From: Antedon mediterranea
Taxonomy: Eukaryota; Animalia; Echinodermata
DNA length: 64,000 nt
Direction of reading: 5' to 3'
NCBI RefSeq assembly: GCF_964355755.1
Contig: NC_092673.1
Location: forward strand, 806,001 to 870,000
The notes under the pieces: model-generated
What the model was told of the DNA's origin: nothing
Databases searched by the model: none
The model's input: the letters and a program-made list of their open reading frames with translations, nothing else
Made by a program: the position numbers and the translations under genes
In this document: positions 12,001 through 24,463 of the stretch, in pieces
Layout: each line of letters begins with the position of its first letter
Numbering within the stretch: position 1 is the stretch's first letter

Positions 12001-14915
12001 AAAGTCCAATTACTGACTCAGTCTTGACAGGAATAAAGTCTGCTATGTTAATATCTTCCTCACTATCACTGCCAGCATTCATTTTAGTCTCTATTTCTAA
12101 AAAAACAAAACATATTAAACTATTTAACCACGTTATCACTTTTTCTCACAGCATCTTTCATTAATGTTGGAATTGGCATGTTATACATTTCTGCATAAAT
12201 TAATTAGGAAATTGAATATAATATATCTGATGTATTTGGTTAAAATTAATTTTGTCTGAAAAAGTAAAAAATATTTTAAGAAAGAAGAAACAATCAAAAG
12301 TGAAACAAGTAATAATATAAATCATAAACTAACTTTCATTGTCCAGCACCTTGATTCCATCTTCAGATTTCTTGGACTCAGTAGGGGCAGCTGAAGAAAT
12401 TGTTGTTCCTGATTTTTTACCTTTTCTTTTCTTTTTTCCCTTCACTATAAACACATTAAATTGTTATGTAAAATATATATTTAAATACCACTTTCTACTT
12501 TTATTAATCTTATTTGATGGTAGGTATAAATAACAAATTACTCTTACACTCCTAGTGTAAAAATACTATGCTATGTAGAGTAAGGATGACCATCAGGTTC
12601 ATGTAGAGTAAGGATGACCATCAGGTTCTTGTAGAGTAAGGATGACCATCAGGTTCTTGTACATACAATGCTATGTAGAGTAAGGATGACCATCAGGTTC
12701 TTGTAGAGTAAGGATGACCATCAGGTTCTTGTAGAGTAAGGATGACCATCAGGTTCTTGTACGTACAATGCTATGTAGAGTAAGGATGACCATCAGGTTC
12801 TTGTACGTACAATGCTATGTAGAGTAAGGATGACCATCAGGTTCTTGTACGTACAATGCTATGTAGAGTAAGGATGACCATCAGGTTCTTGTACGTACAA
12901 TGCTATGTAGAGTAAGGATGACCATCAGGTTCTTGTAGAGTAAGGATGACCATCAGGTTCTTGTACGTACAATGCTATGTAGAGTAAGGATGACCATCAG
13001 GTTCTTGTAGAGTAAGGATGACCATCAGGTTCTTGTACGTACAATGCTATGTAGAGTAAGGATGACCATCAGGTTCTTGTACGTAATATGCTATGTAGAG
13101 TAAGGATGACCATCAGGTTCTTGTACGTACAATGCTATGTAGAGTAAGGATGACCATCAGGTTCTTATACATGCTATGTAGAGTAAGGATGACCATCAGG
13201 TTCTTGTAGAGTAAGGATGACCATCAGGTTCTTGTAGAGTAAGGATGACCATCAGGTTCTTATACTGAATGAGAAAAAGAGGTTCTTTAAAAAAATGTAA
13301 AACATACCTTGGTCAGTCTTGGACCGAGTTTCTATCTTCATATTAAGCAGAATATCTGCCGCCCACTGCACTTGATCAATACAATCTTGAATTCCAAATT
13401 CATTTATATAAAGCCATTCACCAAACCCAACTAAGTATTCAACTTTCTGCCAGTCATTAGAAGATGTCTGGAAAATAAATGATTAGATAAACAAATTTAT
13501 GAGAGATAGAGTTATCACAATCAATCAAGTCACATAAATATCATCCTTGTCCTCATACAATCTATGGCTCTGTCTACACTATCAAACTTTATGTGACAAA
13601 AAAAAATGCAATGTGCCCATATATGAACATGATGATGTCATATCTCTACCATAATGGGTATATCACTACCATATTTGGGCACATCACACTTGTTTGATAG
13701 TGTAGACAGAGCTTTTAACTGCTTTTCTTGGATTCCTTATAAATGCAGACTGTTCTTTTATTGAATCATGTTTTTTAATGTTGTCATATTGCTTTTTTTT
13801 TTAAATTTAACCACATTATCAACATTTTATCTCTACATACCTTTAAAGTTTCAATAGCATTCTGGTATGCAGTGAGTTGATCAAGTTGATCTTTTGAACA
13901 AATTGCCACTTTGTGCCACATCAAGGATACATAATCCTCACTCTCATCCTGAAAATGCAAAAAACCTAAAATATAAACTACTACAGTAAAAACACATTTA
14001 ATAACAGTTTGACCTGGAGATACTTCATAACTCCATCATTAGACATTGTTATGGAGAGAAATCTTTTATTTGGATGTTTTATTTCAGTATAAATTCGTGT
14101 TTTTTAGTTGTAAAAATATAATATATACATCATGGGTTAAACAAGATATTTTGTTGTAATACTTATCATACACTGTAATTAAGTTTCCTTGATGAAAACT
14201 GTATAAAGTAGCTACATTATATCTTACCTTAAACTTAGCTAGGTCCATTTCAATATTCTTACAATTTAATTTGGCTTTTGTGATTACACGATGTTTAAAA
14301 ATCAACCTGTAAACATTTGAATAAAAAATAAGGAAAAATTATAAACGTTATAAAATTGTTAGATTTTTTGTTAAAATTTTTAGATAATTAGTATTCAATA
14401 ACAGCAGAGAAATATTAATATGATTTTTTAAATAAATTGTGACTGAACTTACAGTCTATGTCTTGTACGTGGCATATCATTAATGGCTTTATCCATGGCA
14501 GCAAGACCTTCTTCCCAGTTTTCCTGTTGAAGAAAAAAAAAGATTTGAATCAAAAACTGACATGTACATAATTCGGAAATGGTACGACAGTTCTCTATAG
14601 TAACACAACTTTTAGCACAATGTCTCACCTTGTCAGCATAAGCCTGGAACAGCACACCATATATGGCAGCTCTTAAGGTCAGGTCATCATCAGGGTCTTG
14701 TGTTATTGAAGCTGAAGAGTGCTCTCCTTTAGAAAAGGATGCCATGATATTTTCTTTGGATTTTTCATTTTTCTCCTAAAAAAGACAAAAAAACTTATGG
14801 ATTATATACTCTGCTGGTCTATCACTTGCTCTTTAAGTTTCTGAATTCAGCTTACATTTTTACTCACCTCAATTTTATCTTTTCTTTCAACAAGAGAAGA
14901 GGAAGAACATGATAG
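4..14915 (-). CDS. CFAP46: Cilia- and flagella-associated protein 46 (TTC40), internal part, about 34 exons / about 1450 aa; runs off the window at position 1, and the 5' exons are not found
   Basis: GT-AG exons read by eye; phases are compatible at the junctions checked: 14868-14915(tentative), 14629-14775, 14453-14523, 14228-14306, 13841-13948, 13308-13467, 12334-12444, 11837-12096, 11480-11689, 11158-11223, 10738-10886, 9629-9727, 9226-9373, 8629-8781, 8042-8239, 7539-7741, 7118-7208, 6793-6881, 6307-6442, 5838-5984, 5528-5598, 5328-5406, 5079-5165, 4702-4839, 4027-4116, 3718-3807, 3278-3460, 2860-2957, 2361-2631, 1906-2024, 1480-1667, 1188-1270, 656-716, 4-148. Peptides recalled as CFAP46-like: DDLTLRAAIYGVLFQAYADK, WEEGLAAMDKAINDMPRTRHRL, DESEDYVSLMWHKVA, WQKVEYLVGFGEWL, LQHSEDRSILYG, LMELPLEAL..SLSRDFSFQML, FRYIVDPY. 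Confidence 0.88.
287..632. mobile_element. Short non-autonomous Kolobok-like element in a CFAP46 intron, same family as 24464-29620
   Basis: The right end ...ggggacaatacatct|ttaa and about 140 bp inside it match the reverse complement of 24460-24600; a degenerate left TIR follows TTAA at 283-286. Confidence 0.55.
969..1209. repeat. 80-bp tandem repeat x3 that duplicates a CFAP46 exon end and its splice donor
   Basis: Unit ...cacatcacagRggaggagcatattaatacatcttatYaaatcaagatgcttacaattttaacagccctgttctta; the last unit overlaps exon 1188-1270. Confidence 0.9.
4217..4686. repeat. Intronic 51-bp minisatellite, about 9 copies
   Basis: Unit ctctgRagtttacacacactggagcatcagcacgtgtgttgtgtaggtaaa; lies between CFAP46 exons 4702-4839 and 4027-4116. 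Confidence 0.95.
8864..9022. mobile_element. About 160-bp MITE, TIR agctctgtctacactatcaa, flanked by TTAA; relatives at about 6141-6235, 13567-13713 and 50395-50510
   Basis: ttaa|agctctgtctacactatcaaa ... ttgatagtgtagacagagct|ttaa; the same internal motif (gtgcccaYatatg, atatcactacc) occurs in the other copies. Confidence 0.8.
9922..10416. mobile_element. MITE with about 48-bp TIRs and a 3-bp AAT TSD (PIF/Harbinger-like)
   Basis: agagaggtttcgcaatcttacgaatacgataacgaaaacggatacgtca versus tgacgtatccgttttcgttatcgtattcgtaaggttgcgaaacctccct; aat on both flanks. Confidence 0.85.
12568..13261. repeat. Intronic compound minisatellite: 28-bp core in about 19 copies with an optional 16-bp insert
   Basis: Core gtagagtaaggatgaccatcaggttctt; optional gtacgtacaatgctat gives interspersed 28- and 44-bp units. 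Confidence 0.95.
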
Positions 14916-15422
14916 CTGTTTTTAGCAGAACATTTTTTTTTAAAATAATTAAAAAACAATACCGTAATATTATGTTATACTGCATTAAACTGCATATTCA
15001 AGGTTTGTATGAGCTAATAACATGCTCTTGATCTTCATGGAAAACACCCTGTACCAACGGGATACAATGCCAATAACAAAATACAATTCAAAGTACCCCC
15101 TCTACATTCTATTTCATCCTATAATTGTCAAGCGGACTGGAATATTTACGACAGAAGCAGCCGGGTGCTCCAAGACAGAAACTGTGGATATTATCCTTTA
15201 AACGAGATTACTTAACTATCATAAACTGGGTATCTATTATTATATACTTATGGTGATATTTTTATACTACTGAACATAGAGGAAAATTCCACAAGTATTT
15301 TTGGGATACACCTATCAATACACATCCAAATCTAGTCTAATAGTATGTACAGTAGGCCTACGGTAGTGAGCAGTCATAAAGTAATTACTTAAATTTAATC
15401 ATTTAACAGATAAGTTGACATT

Positions 15423-18400
15423 ATGGAGTGTGAAGAAAGCTTTGGAACTGAAGAACAATCTGCTACCTCAGTTGATGCAAACATGGCAAATGGTAGGAAT
15501 AAAAAATGTGAAAACAATATGTATATTGAAAGAAAGAAGTACATATGTATTTTATAAAGAATTAAAAATAATTGATTAAACATACACTTTTGTAACAGTG
15601 GTACACAAAAGATGTGTGTTCTACAAACATTTTTAATAAAAACCACATTACGATGCTAACTATAAATAAAAAAATAATAATAACAACCAAACAGTACGAT
15701 ACTCTGATATGGGCAATTTCACTGCAGTAACCTAGGCCGTCAGTAATAACTGAGAAATAAGCAAGCTCTTCATCAGGTTGTATTTGTCTGATTTAGTTTG
15801 TAATTTTTGATAAAGCACCTGATGGGCAAACTACAACAAAAATTTTATTGAGCTACGATGAAAACTTTTGTTACCAGCGGCTAAAAATGTCATGTTTTTG
15901 GACAAAATTGAGTGTCTCATTGCAAAAAATCATTTTTATGAAATGCATTGTTGTTGTTTGTATGTATATATTTATATGAATTATGTACATTTAAATTGGT
16001 TGATCTACCCCAAACGTATAAGGTATAAACAATGAGTGTGAAATGTACACATGATTAAATTTTTTGTTGTTTTCATTATTGTAATTCTGTCCGTCCAAAA
16101 TGTCCACTCCGACACGTTGGCGTGTACACAGAGCAAATAAATAAGCAAGTCTACTGTTTTTCATCTATATACAACACTGATAAGATTGACCATACATTAA
16201 AATTTAAATAATATATTTAACGGACAATTTGGCTGAATGCCGGGGAATTGAAATCTGTCCGTCCAAAAAAATGTCCACTCCGACACCACATAAACTACTA
16301 TTAATTTTTATATTAATAGTATAAAAAGTTGAATATTCATAGCAAAAATTATAAGCTGACATACTACAATTAATATAATGTACATATAATGTTTCTAAAC
16401 TCAAGTAATTCACTGTAATGCACTCTAATAGTAATAATATGGTGTTTACATAATGTCCACTCCGACACACATATTTGATCAAAGTAAAATGGCTGATTTT
16501 TTAACAACTATGAGACAATGTTATTGTTATTTTATTTATATATGTTTGTGTCATTGATATTTAAGTGAAAATAATCTTGTTTAACTGTGTTTTTAGTATT
16601 ATTAACGAGCCACCGGCACCTGCTTCGAGGCGGCATTTTAGCCTCTCAGACAATAATTTTAAACTAGTTGAAGCCACCATGGCAAAAGTTATGAATTACT
16701 AATTAATACTGGTTGTTATATGTGATCAATTTAAGTATTTAATGCAAAAAAAAAAACACAAAAAAAATTTAATATTTTTCATATTGAAGTTTTTCATGTC
16801 CTGTTTAATATCTCCAAAAATTGTCCACTCCGACACGTATTAACAATCCAAACGACATATTTTTATTTAAAGTAGGTACCAAATATGACCACAGTAAATT
16901 TTATAAGTGCCAACTGATGGTTTTATGGTGTTTGGCTATGATAAGACCATTTTTTTTTATATTTGGATAAAACTTTTGTTTAAATTCTCTGACAAATTCA
17001 ATTTTGTTTTACTCATGACCTTGTCCAAAACATCATCTGCAGATGATGTTTTGGACATGGTCATGAGTGTTATGGTTGTACATATTTTTGTGACATGTAC
17101 TAATGCATAAAATAGCAAATTGAATTCATTGAACATTCTTAATAATAACAAGTTTTTAATTATTTATACTGTTTATTCATGTCCAAAAATGTCCACTCCG
17201 ACACAAATTAACAATCCTTGTTAAAAGACAGTTTTTATCATAGTAAAGCTTAAAAAGTACAAAATGTTAACACACTTTAGAAGTGCCAACTGGTTGGCTT
17301 TAATGTGTTTATGGAATAGTAAGATCATTATTTTTTTTCATTTGGATAAAACGTTTGTTAAATTCTCGGAGAAATTTAATTTTGTCTTACTCAGATGATG
17401 TTTTAGGCGTGGTTATGGTTGCACATTTTTGTTTTGTGTCAATTGGTGTCATGTACTTATGCATAAAATTGAATTCATTTAACATGCTTAATATAATAAC
17501 AAGTTTTTAATTTATTTATACTGTTATTCATGTCCAAAAATGTCCACTCCGACACAAATTTTTATCATGGTAAAGCTTAAAAAGTACAAAATGTGGCAAT
17601 TAGTTGGTTTTATGGTGTTTGTAGCTATATAATACCACAATTTTTTTATTTGAGTCTAATGTTTGCTAATTATTCAACATTTATTGTTAAAATTCTCAGA
17701 CAAATTCAATTTTTCCACTCATATGATGTTTATATAAAGCGCGAGTATATTTTTTAAATTGATACTCTGTACTAGTAATTAAATATTAGCCAAATAAGCA
17801 GTGGCTTTTGTGTTATAATAAAAAAATATTGAGATGTTGATTTCCAAATTTTTCAATAAAATTCTTCCAGTTACTGTGAAATTGAAAAATATGTAAAAAA
17901 AAGGACTTTGAATTTTTGACCCTGTGAGACACTTGCGGCCTAGGTTACTGTGAAATTGCCCATATTGTGTGTACAAATTCTTATTGATATTGTATTTGTA
18001 CAGATTTGAGTATAGAGAACAACCCAGCTGAAGAACAATTGCCTACCACAAGCAACAAAGATGCAGCAACAATGGCAAATGGTAAGCATAAAATATCGAA
18101 ATTTAATTATGAAATTAAGGTGAAATCCAATAATTGTACCCCTAAACAAATAGAAATTATTTTTTAAATGTGAATATTGTACATAAGTATTATTTGTCTT
18201 ATATTTCAGTTTAATTCTCTAATTTAAATATTAAAAAAGGAGATAATTAATCATGTACCATATTTAAAAGAAGACTGATATGCATTTATTTGTGTTTACT
18301 AATTCTGATACTTTAATGCTAATGATTTAAAAAATTGACAAAAAGCATTTATATAGATGATGAAAACATGGCAACTTGTAAGGATTATAAAATGAAAATC

Positions 18401-20205
18401 AAGATAGATTCTAATGAAAATGTTTATTGTAACGTAATATTATTTTATATGGGTAACTGAACTAATGTACTAATCATATCACATTTAAATTAAGGAGTAT
18501 TTGTACCATATTTAAAAACTGGCTAAATTTTATTTATATATATATTGTTTTTCCATACGCATCCAACAATGAGTACGGTAACTCAACAATTACAGGATGG
18601 ATTTATAAATTATCATGCTTAAAAACTAAGTCTCATTTGAGGCTTTAGAGTGGAGTTACACTAGGCCCTAGGTCAGGATTGAACCTCGGACCTTGGCATT
18701 GGAAGGCAGCCTATTAATCTAGAAGATTTGTATGTAAAAATTCTTAACGATATTTTAATTTTCAGATGTTGAAGAACAATTGCCTACAAAAATCAATAAA
18801 GTTAAAACCATGGAAACTGGTAAGAATTATAAAATGGAAAATAGATGTACATAATATCTGAAATAGAGCTGAAATTACAATTTTGATATTTTTTAATGTT
18901 TAGATTTGTGTAGAAAAAAAAACTCTGAAGTTGAAGAACATCTTTCTACCACCAGCGACACAGATAATGCAAACATAAAAACTGGTAAGCACAATAACTT
19001 AAATATATGTTATAATATGGAAAAATCTTATTTTTATTACTTTACTTAGAGTGTTACAATTTGATTTTTAAAATTATTACCAAATGAATGATTAATTTAT
19101 TAAGAGAACAACTTAGAAAATGATGAGGAACCTACCACCAGTGTCACCGTTGATATGAATACACAGACTGGTAAGTTCTGACTAAAATGTTTTTATGCTT
19201 ATTGCAGATGCCATTATATGTAAAATATATATATTATATGATCATTCATGGTTGGGTAGGGTCACATGAGTTATTCAATAATACAAAGAAAATCTAAGAT
19301 TGAACTATAGTATTTTTAAATGTTTTACAGAAGCTTCAGCAGAAACTGAAAAAATGTCCAGAGAGATGCTACGATATGAGAAAATTATTCAAAACATTCA
19401 CGCTCAGGATGGGAAAAGGACAAACGAATATGAGGCTATAGTTAAAAAACAAGAAAACCAGACAAAGGTTATTCAAAATCTACTAGCTAAAAATCAAGAA
19501 GTGCTAAGTGAAAACAGGATTTTAACTAACAGTAAAAATGACTATCAGAAAGTAAGGGAAGAAGTAAGAGAAGAACTAAATGACAAAGAAGGTGAAATCA
19601 GAGGAATGAAAAGTGAAATTGAAGACTTAAAGTCGGATTTGAAAAAAGAGTCACAGAGGGTAGAAAACAAATGCAATGAGAATGAAAGATTAACAAAGCA
19701 GATGAATGATATGTCTGAAAAACAGAGTCAACTAGAAAAACAAGTTAGACAGTTGGAAAAAGATAAAGATAAAACAGGGAATGAAGTAGAAATTCTAAGA
19801 GAAGAGAAGAAACAACAAATTAAAGTTATTGAAAAGCAGAGTAAGGAACTACAAGCTCTGAATACACAAATTGGACAATTACGAATAAAAGTAAAGAATA
19901 CTCATGAATCTTTAAAGAAGGCTACTGGGGAGAAAGATGAACATTTGAAGACAAGCTTAAAATTGAACAAATTAGTAAAACAATATGAGGAAAAATTAAA
20001 CCATCTGACGAAAGAAAACGAGGAACACCAAAGAAAATTAAAAGAGGCTAAAATTGAATTTTATTTGAAAAGGTTATCAGACAGTTATTATTATTTTAAA
20101 GTTGTTATAGGTGTAATCATTTTATCAATTATTTTCAATCCCTATTTTATCTTGTGCATAAAACAATTGTATTATCTCATCGTTTATATATTTAAAAAAG
20201 TATAA
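15423..20205 (+). CDS. Cluster gene A: repeated acidic Ser/Thr mini-exons + long coiled coil + C-terminal hydrophobic anchor
   Basis: Exons 15423-15492 (MECEES..MAN), 18004-18081, 18357-18377(tentative), 18766-18819, 18904-18984, 19105-19170, 19331-20205, all joined in phase 1 with GT-AG sites and no stops. The terminal exon has DKEGEIRGMKSEIEDLKSD and the tail VVIGVIILSIIFNPYFILCIKQLYYLIVYIFKKV. Confidence 0.75.
16090..17560. repeat. Degenerate repeat region with about 6 copies of gtccaaaaatgtccactccgacac and an internal duplication of about 300 bp
   Basis: Motif at about 16093, 16261, 16452, 16812, 17181 and 17532; 16905-17210 resembles 17283-17560. Probably a transposon relic of unknown class. 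Confidence 0.65.
18555..18712 (-). mobile_element. tRNA-derived SINE; same family at 35485-35625 (+) and 46068-46260 (+)
   Basis: Shared core ccttccaat..caaggtcc..ggttcaa..ctgacct...aactccactc..aagcctcaaatgagacttagttt.aagcatgataatttataa; the 46068 copy has an A-box-like gtagcttggtggttaa. Confidence 0.7.
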
Positions 20206-20291
20206 TGTAACATTTCCTGTATTTGAAAGGGTTTATAGGTTATATGCAATAAAACCTGATTGATTTTGTCAGAGTTGATGGATTAGTTTTT

Positions 20292-20448
20292 GGCCAAGTT
20301 GACTTGAGGCCGAGTTGACTTGAGGCCGAGTTGACTTGAGGCCGAGTTGACTTGGGGCCGACTTGACGTGGGGCCGACTTGACTTGGGGCCAACTTGACG
20401 TGGGGCCGACCTGACTTTGGCCGAGACGGTTTAGGGCCGAGTTGACCT
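20292..20448. repeat. 15-bp tandem repeat (ggccgagttgacttg), probably transposon-internal; an inverted relative lies at 36615-36703
   Basis: About 9 units of ggccgaSttgacttgR, immediately 3' of gene A. Confidence 0.8.
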
Positions 20449-22139
20449 GCACATGTGTATATTTACAGCTATTATACACTTAAAGCAACAGTATAGTACT
20501 AGCCAACAAATGTAAAATAAGGCTTACCGTAACTTAATTTTTGATAATTTTTTTAGGATTTCATTTTGAATATTTGATGATACAATAGTTATCTCTAATA
20601 GATTAACAATCCTAAAATAAAAACTCTGGAAATTTAAAAACCAAAACTTCCGTACCTAACCTACCTCAATGCCATTATATATATTAAAATATTTATTTCA
20701 GTATATAAAAGTTGTACCAGTACCTAATTCAGAGATGATAGTAACATATTAATAAATATGATAAAATACAATATATTTTTATCTATTTATTCCTGGTACA
20801 TTTGTGTAATAAACAAAAGAGAATACAGTTGAATTAGCTGAATTCTCCCACTAGGGTGCACATGCGCAACCATATTCATTGCTGTTTATCGTAGCATTAA
20901 TTGTATTTTGAACACAAAATACTCAAGTTTGTGATATGACATTAAAAATAGAATAAAAAAAAAAAAAATTGAAAATTCAGTACATTACTCACTTATAGCC
21001 TCAGAAAATAATTAAAAATATTCTTCATAAACAATAAGACTAACAGTATGAATATAATCTTCCAGAATTATCAAGAAATAGTTGGACTTATAAAATAGTA
21101 ATATGTTTTCGAAAGAAGATTTTACTTTGAAATTTAAAATTATACATTAAAGAAAAATCCTTGGCTAAAATCTTATCCTCAACAAGTGAGTTAGCTTTTA
21201 CAAGTAGAAGATCTCTTTGTAAACTATTAATTAGGGCTGTCGAAAGTCCATTACAAAAACATTTTTATATCATACATTTCTGCTACAATACATTTTGGTT
21301 CATGGGTTTCGTTTCTGTATTCATATTTAAATTAATATTGATTTTTCTACAAAAAGAAAGGATAATTTGCATTCAAGTGCGATTTCAAACAATAATGTGC
21401 CGACTGAACTTTGATATTGTCAATGTTAAAGGGCGTTTCAATGACAAGAAATTGGTTTTCCCAGGGCAGTTTACCTCACAGGCAACTAACCACAAACCAA
21501 CCAGGAAGCTCACCATACATAATATATTTAACAAGGTACAGTCGTATAGATTTGTCCTGGGACTATCCCACCCAGCAGATTCTTTTTACTGATTTTTGGC
21601 TATATAATTAATATAACAGATATCACCTCAGGTAATAATTGTATGTCATTATTTTAGGGTATAATAATAATATGTTTATACAGTGTAAAACTATATAAAT
21701 TATATCATAGGAAATGTTTTTTAAGTAGGTAACCTTAGCAAATGTCTTGATAGGTCCCCAAATGGCGATAAGGTTCACCATTAGCCGTTTACATATTCAC
21801 AGAATGCAAATAAACTATTCCAATCACAATTGTTCTATGTTTCATTTATCAATTGTTTTATTGAATAAAATATGTGTACATGTACAGTATTTGCCAAGAC
21901 CATAAGGAATATTATGCCTATACATACTCAACGATCAATACATAGAGGTGCACATTTGAGTACATAAACAGTATTAGGTGAACAAATAGGTACACCAATA
22001 AACATTTAAATTAGTATATGCTTCAAGTATTTTGTACAAAAGATCTGGGATTGGTTATTATGTATATAAAACCATAGAGAAATGAATTCTTCTCCTTGAA
22101 AAGGTTTTCCGTCATTACGACATTACACTTTCCATGATT

Positions 22140-22305
22140 TGTTTCCATGTTTATCTGTTTTGGGCAGGAGTGTTATTGTGCTAAAGTCTACATTTTTTTC
22201 TTTTAAATCTTTTTTGGTTTATCCAGTTTTCTTTTGGTCTACCTGGTGGTCTATTTACTTTTTTTTCAGTTTCCTTCATTCCTTGTTTAATTGGCGAATT
22301 GCCTA
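22140..22305 (-). mobile_element. Decayed 3' end of an RTE-like LINE
   Basis: The minus strand reads RPPGRPKENW, followed by KKDL in a shifted frame, typical of the RTE ORF C-terminus; stops and frameshifts are present. Confidence 0.45.
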
Positions 22306-22599
22306 TGTCAAAACCAAGCTATAAGGTACTACAATTCAACAACTGAAGTGAATTTGGGTGATATAAAGAATTGTTGGCACATCTCATAATTAGTAACCTA
22401 CAGAAATTGTATTAATCAGTAATAAGTTGACATTTTTTATAGCAAAATTTATATATAGAAAAATCTAGTCATGTCGCGGGTAGTATAATTCTGGACAATT
22501 ATTTCACCCCCAGTAGATAATACGATGTCTAGGAACACAGTGTACATTTTAGTAATGGCAAGTAGACTTGAAAAGGAATACATGTTATAACAACATATT

Positions 22600-23005
22600 A
22601 ACGCCAGGCTAGTGATCTGGAGGTCGTGGGTTCGAGAACTACTTGCGTATTTTTTCGCAAGTATTCTCAAATGTACTTAGTATAAAGTACAAATTACGTC
22701 AGAGTAGGGCAAAACATCCAATTACTCAACTCCCTGACGCAAAGCTACAATGACAATCCTGTTGGTGCAGTACCCGCTGCTTACTTGAGCTCGAATCTAA
22801 CCACTAGCCATTTTTTTCTTTTAAATCTCAAGCTCAGTGGTCTAGAGGTATGAACGCCAGGCTAGTGATCTGGAGGTGTGGGTTGGAATCCCACCCGAGA
22901 ACTACTTATTCTAAGTATTCTCAAATGTACTTAGTATAAAGTACAAATTACGTCAGAGTAGGGCAAAACATCTAATTACTCAACTCCCTGACGCAAAGCT
23001 ACAAT
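22600..23005 (+). mobile_element. Tandemly duplicated tRNA-derived SINE fragment
   Basis: aacgccaggctagtgatctggagg ... aagtattctcaaatgtacttagtataaagtacaaattacgtcagagtagggcaaaacatc occurs twice (about 22600 and 22853); A/B-box-like agctcagtggt and gggttcga. Confidence 0.6.
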
Positions 23006-23278
23006 TACAAACATATTAAAAACAAATCAAATCAAATCAATTAACATTTATTTCCAAAATGGTGGCGTCACCAAAAAAGCAAAGCTTGTGTCAAGGACGC
23101 CCAAACAAAACAAATAAATAAGACACAGAAATGAAAATAACAATAAACGCATATCGGTACTTCCAGTTTTAAAATTAGAACAATTATTAATTTCAATGCC
23201 AATAGCTCCCACTCCCTAATAAAAAGGGGGACAATTAGTGCATACATCATAACATTCGCAACTATTTTTCAGATAAAT

Positions 23279-23810
23279 ATGGATATGGATGGAAGTGAAG
23301 CAGACAAAAAGTTTATAGCCTTAAAAACCAAATTCAGTGAACACTACAATGACCACAAATACCATTGGCTCAAATTTTGCCTTTTTGGTATAGTGCATGT
23401 ATCAGATCTTACTGATGAAACTTGTAAAGCACATAGTTTGCTAAATAAACTGGATGACTTTGGTAAAATCAAAGCTACTAACGTTGACTTCCTGCTAGAG
23501 ATTGCAAATTTATCAGGTTTGCAGAAGGCAAAAGATCTTGTAAATCAATATATGAGTGATAACAAGGTTCAAAACACTTACAAGGAAATATTGTCACCTT
23601 ATCGTAAAGGACTTTACAAAACCATGGAAAATGTTGGACCAGACGACATGCATAAAGTTATTGAGGACTATCAGCTGCAAAAGTCAACTACTATGTGGGA
23701 TGTGGTATTCCAACTAGAAATCCGTACAGAATTAGCAGATCATGAAGACAAAATAAGGATGTTTGCTAGTCTACTTAATCCATTAGCAAGGAACAAACTA
23801 CTTGATATTT
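23279..23810 (+). CDS. Cluster gene B exon: tandem death-effector (DED-like) domains
   Basis: Acceptor ttttcag at 23272, ATG at 23279, phase-1 donor T|gtatgt at 23810. LKFCLFGIV..L......LLNKLDDFGKIKATNVDFLLEIANLSG and LSPYRKGLYKTMENVGPDDM...MWDVVFQLE fit two DED patterns; no canonical RxDL motif. Confidence 0.7.
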
Positions 23811-24463
23811 GTATGTTTTAAAAAATTCTTTTTGTACCATGTGGATTATTGAATAATGTCTAAATTGTGACTTACAAATTCTTATTTCGTCTTATTGTTC
23901 AGTTAACATGGAAATTCCCCAAGGCTCTTTTCTTACTTTTTACAATCTTTATTAATAACTTTATTGCAAATAGTGTGCGTGATGCATGATGGGAAGGAAA
24001 TGTCAAAATGCGTAATAGGATTTATAGGATTTCATAAATTCATTCATTACAGTAAAACATGGGAGTTTAATAGACTATACTAACAAACTGAAATAGTATT
24101 TTTTAGCTGTCCAGTAGAACCACCGTGGCTTTGGCATATAAATAATACTATTTAAAGTGGCACTCAGAACTAACATTTTTGGAGAGTGATATATACTAAT
24201 TTAGACCAAAAAAATCACTTAAATTTTTATGATTTTGATTAATTAATTATACAAGACGTGGAATCATTTGAAAAAAAAAAATTGGACTAGATCAGTTTCA
24301 GTTGCCTGGCAATTTTTGGTATCTCTAATCTGCTTTTCTAGGCTAGGCCTAGAAATATGTTGTTGACATAATTCACAGTAAATAAATAATGAATGTTTTA
24401 TATTTGTGCAATGGTTCGTCTTATTTCAATTCAATTTAATATAGTGTAACCTTTCATCTTTAA

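Noticed and set aside
12568-13261. CRISPR-like look: 28-bp repeats with intervening sequence
   Set aside because: The intervening pieces are absent or the same 16-mer rather than unique spacers; no cas genes; it lies in a eukaryotic intron.
21161-21611. 143-aa and 66-aa ORFs
   Set aside because: Non-ATG starts, no recognisable motif; probably the promoter or first non-coding exon region of gene B.
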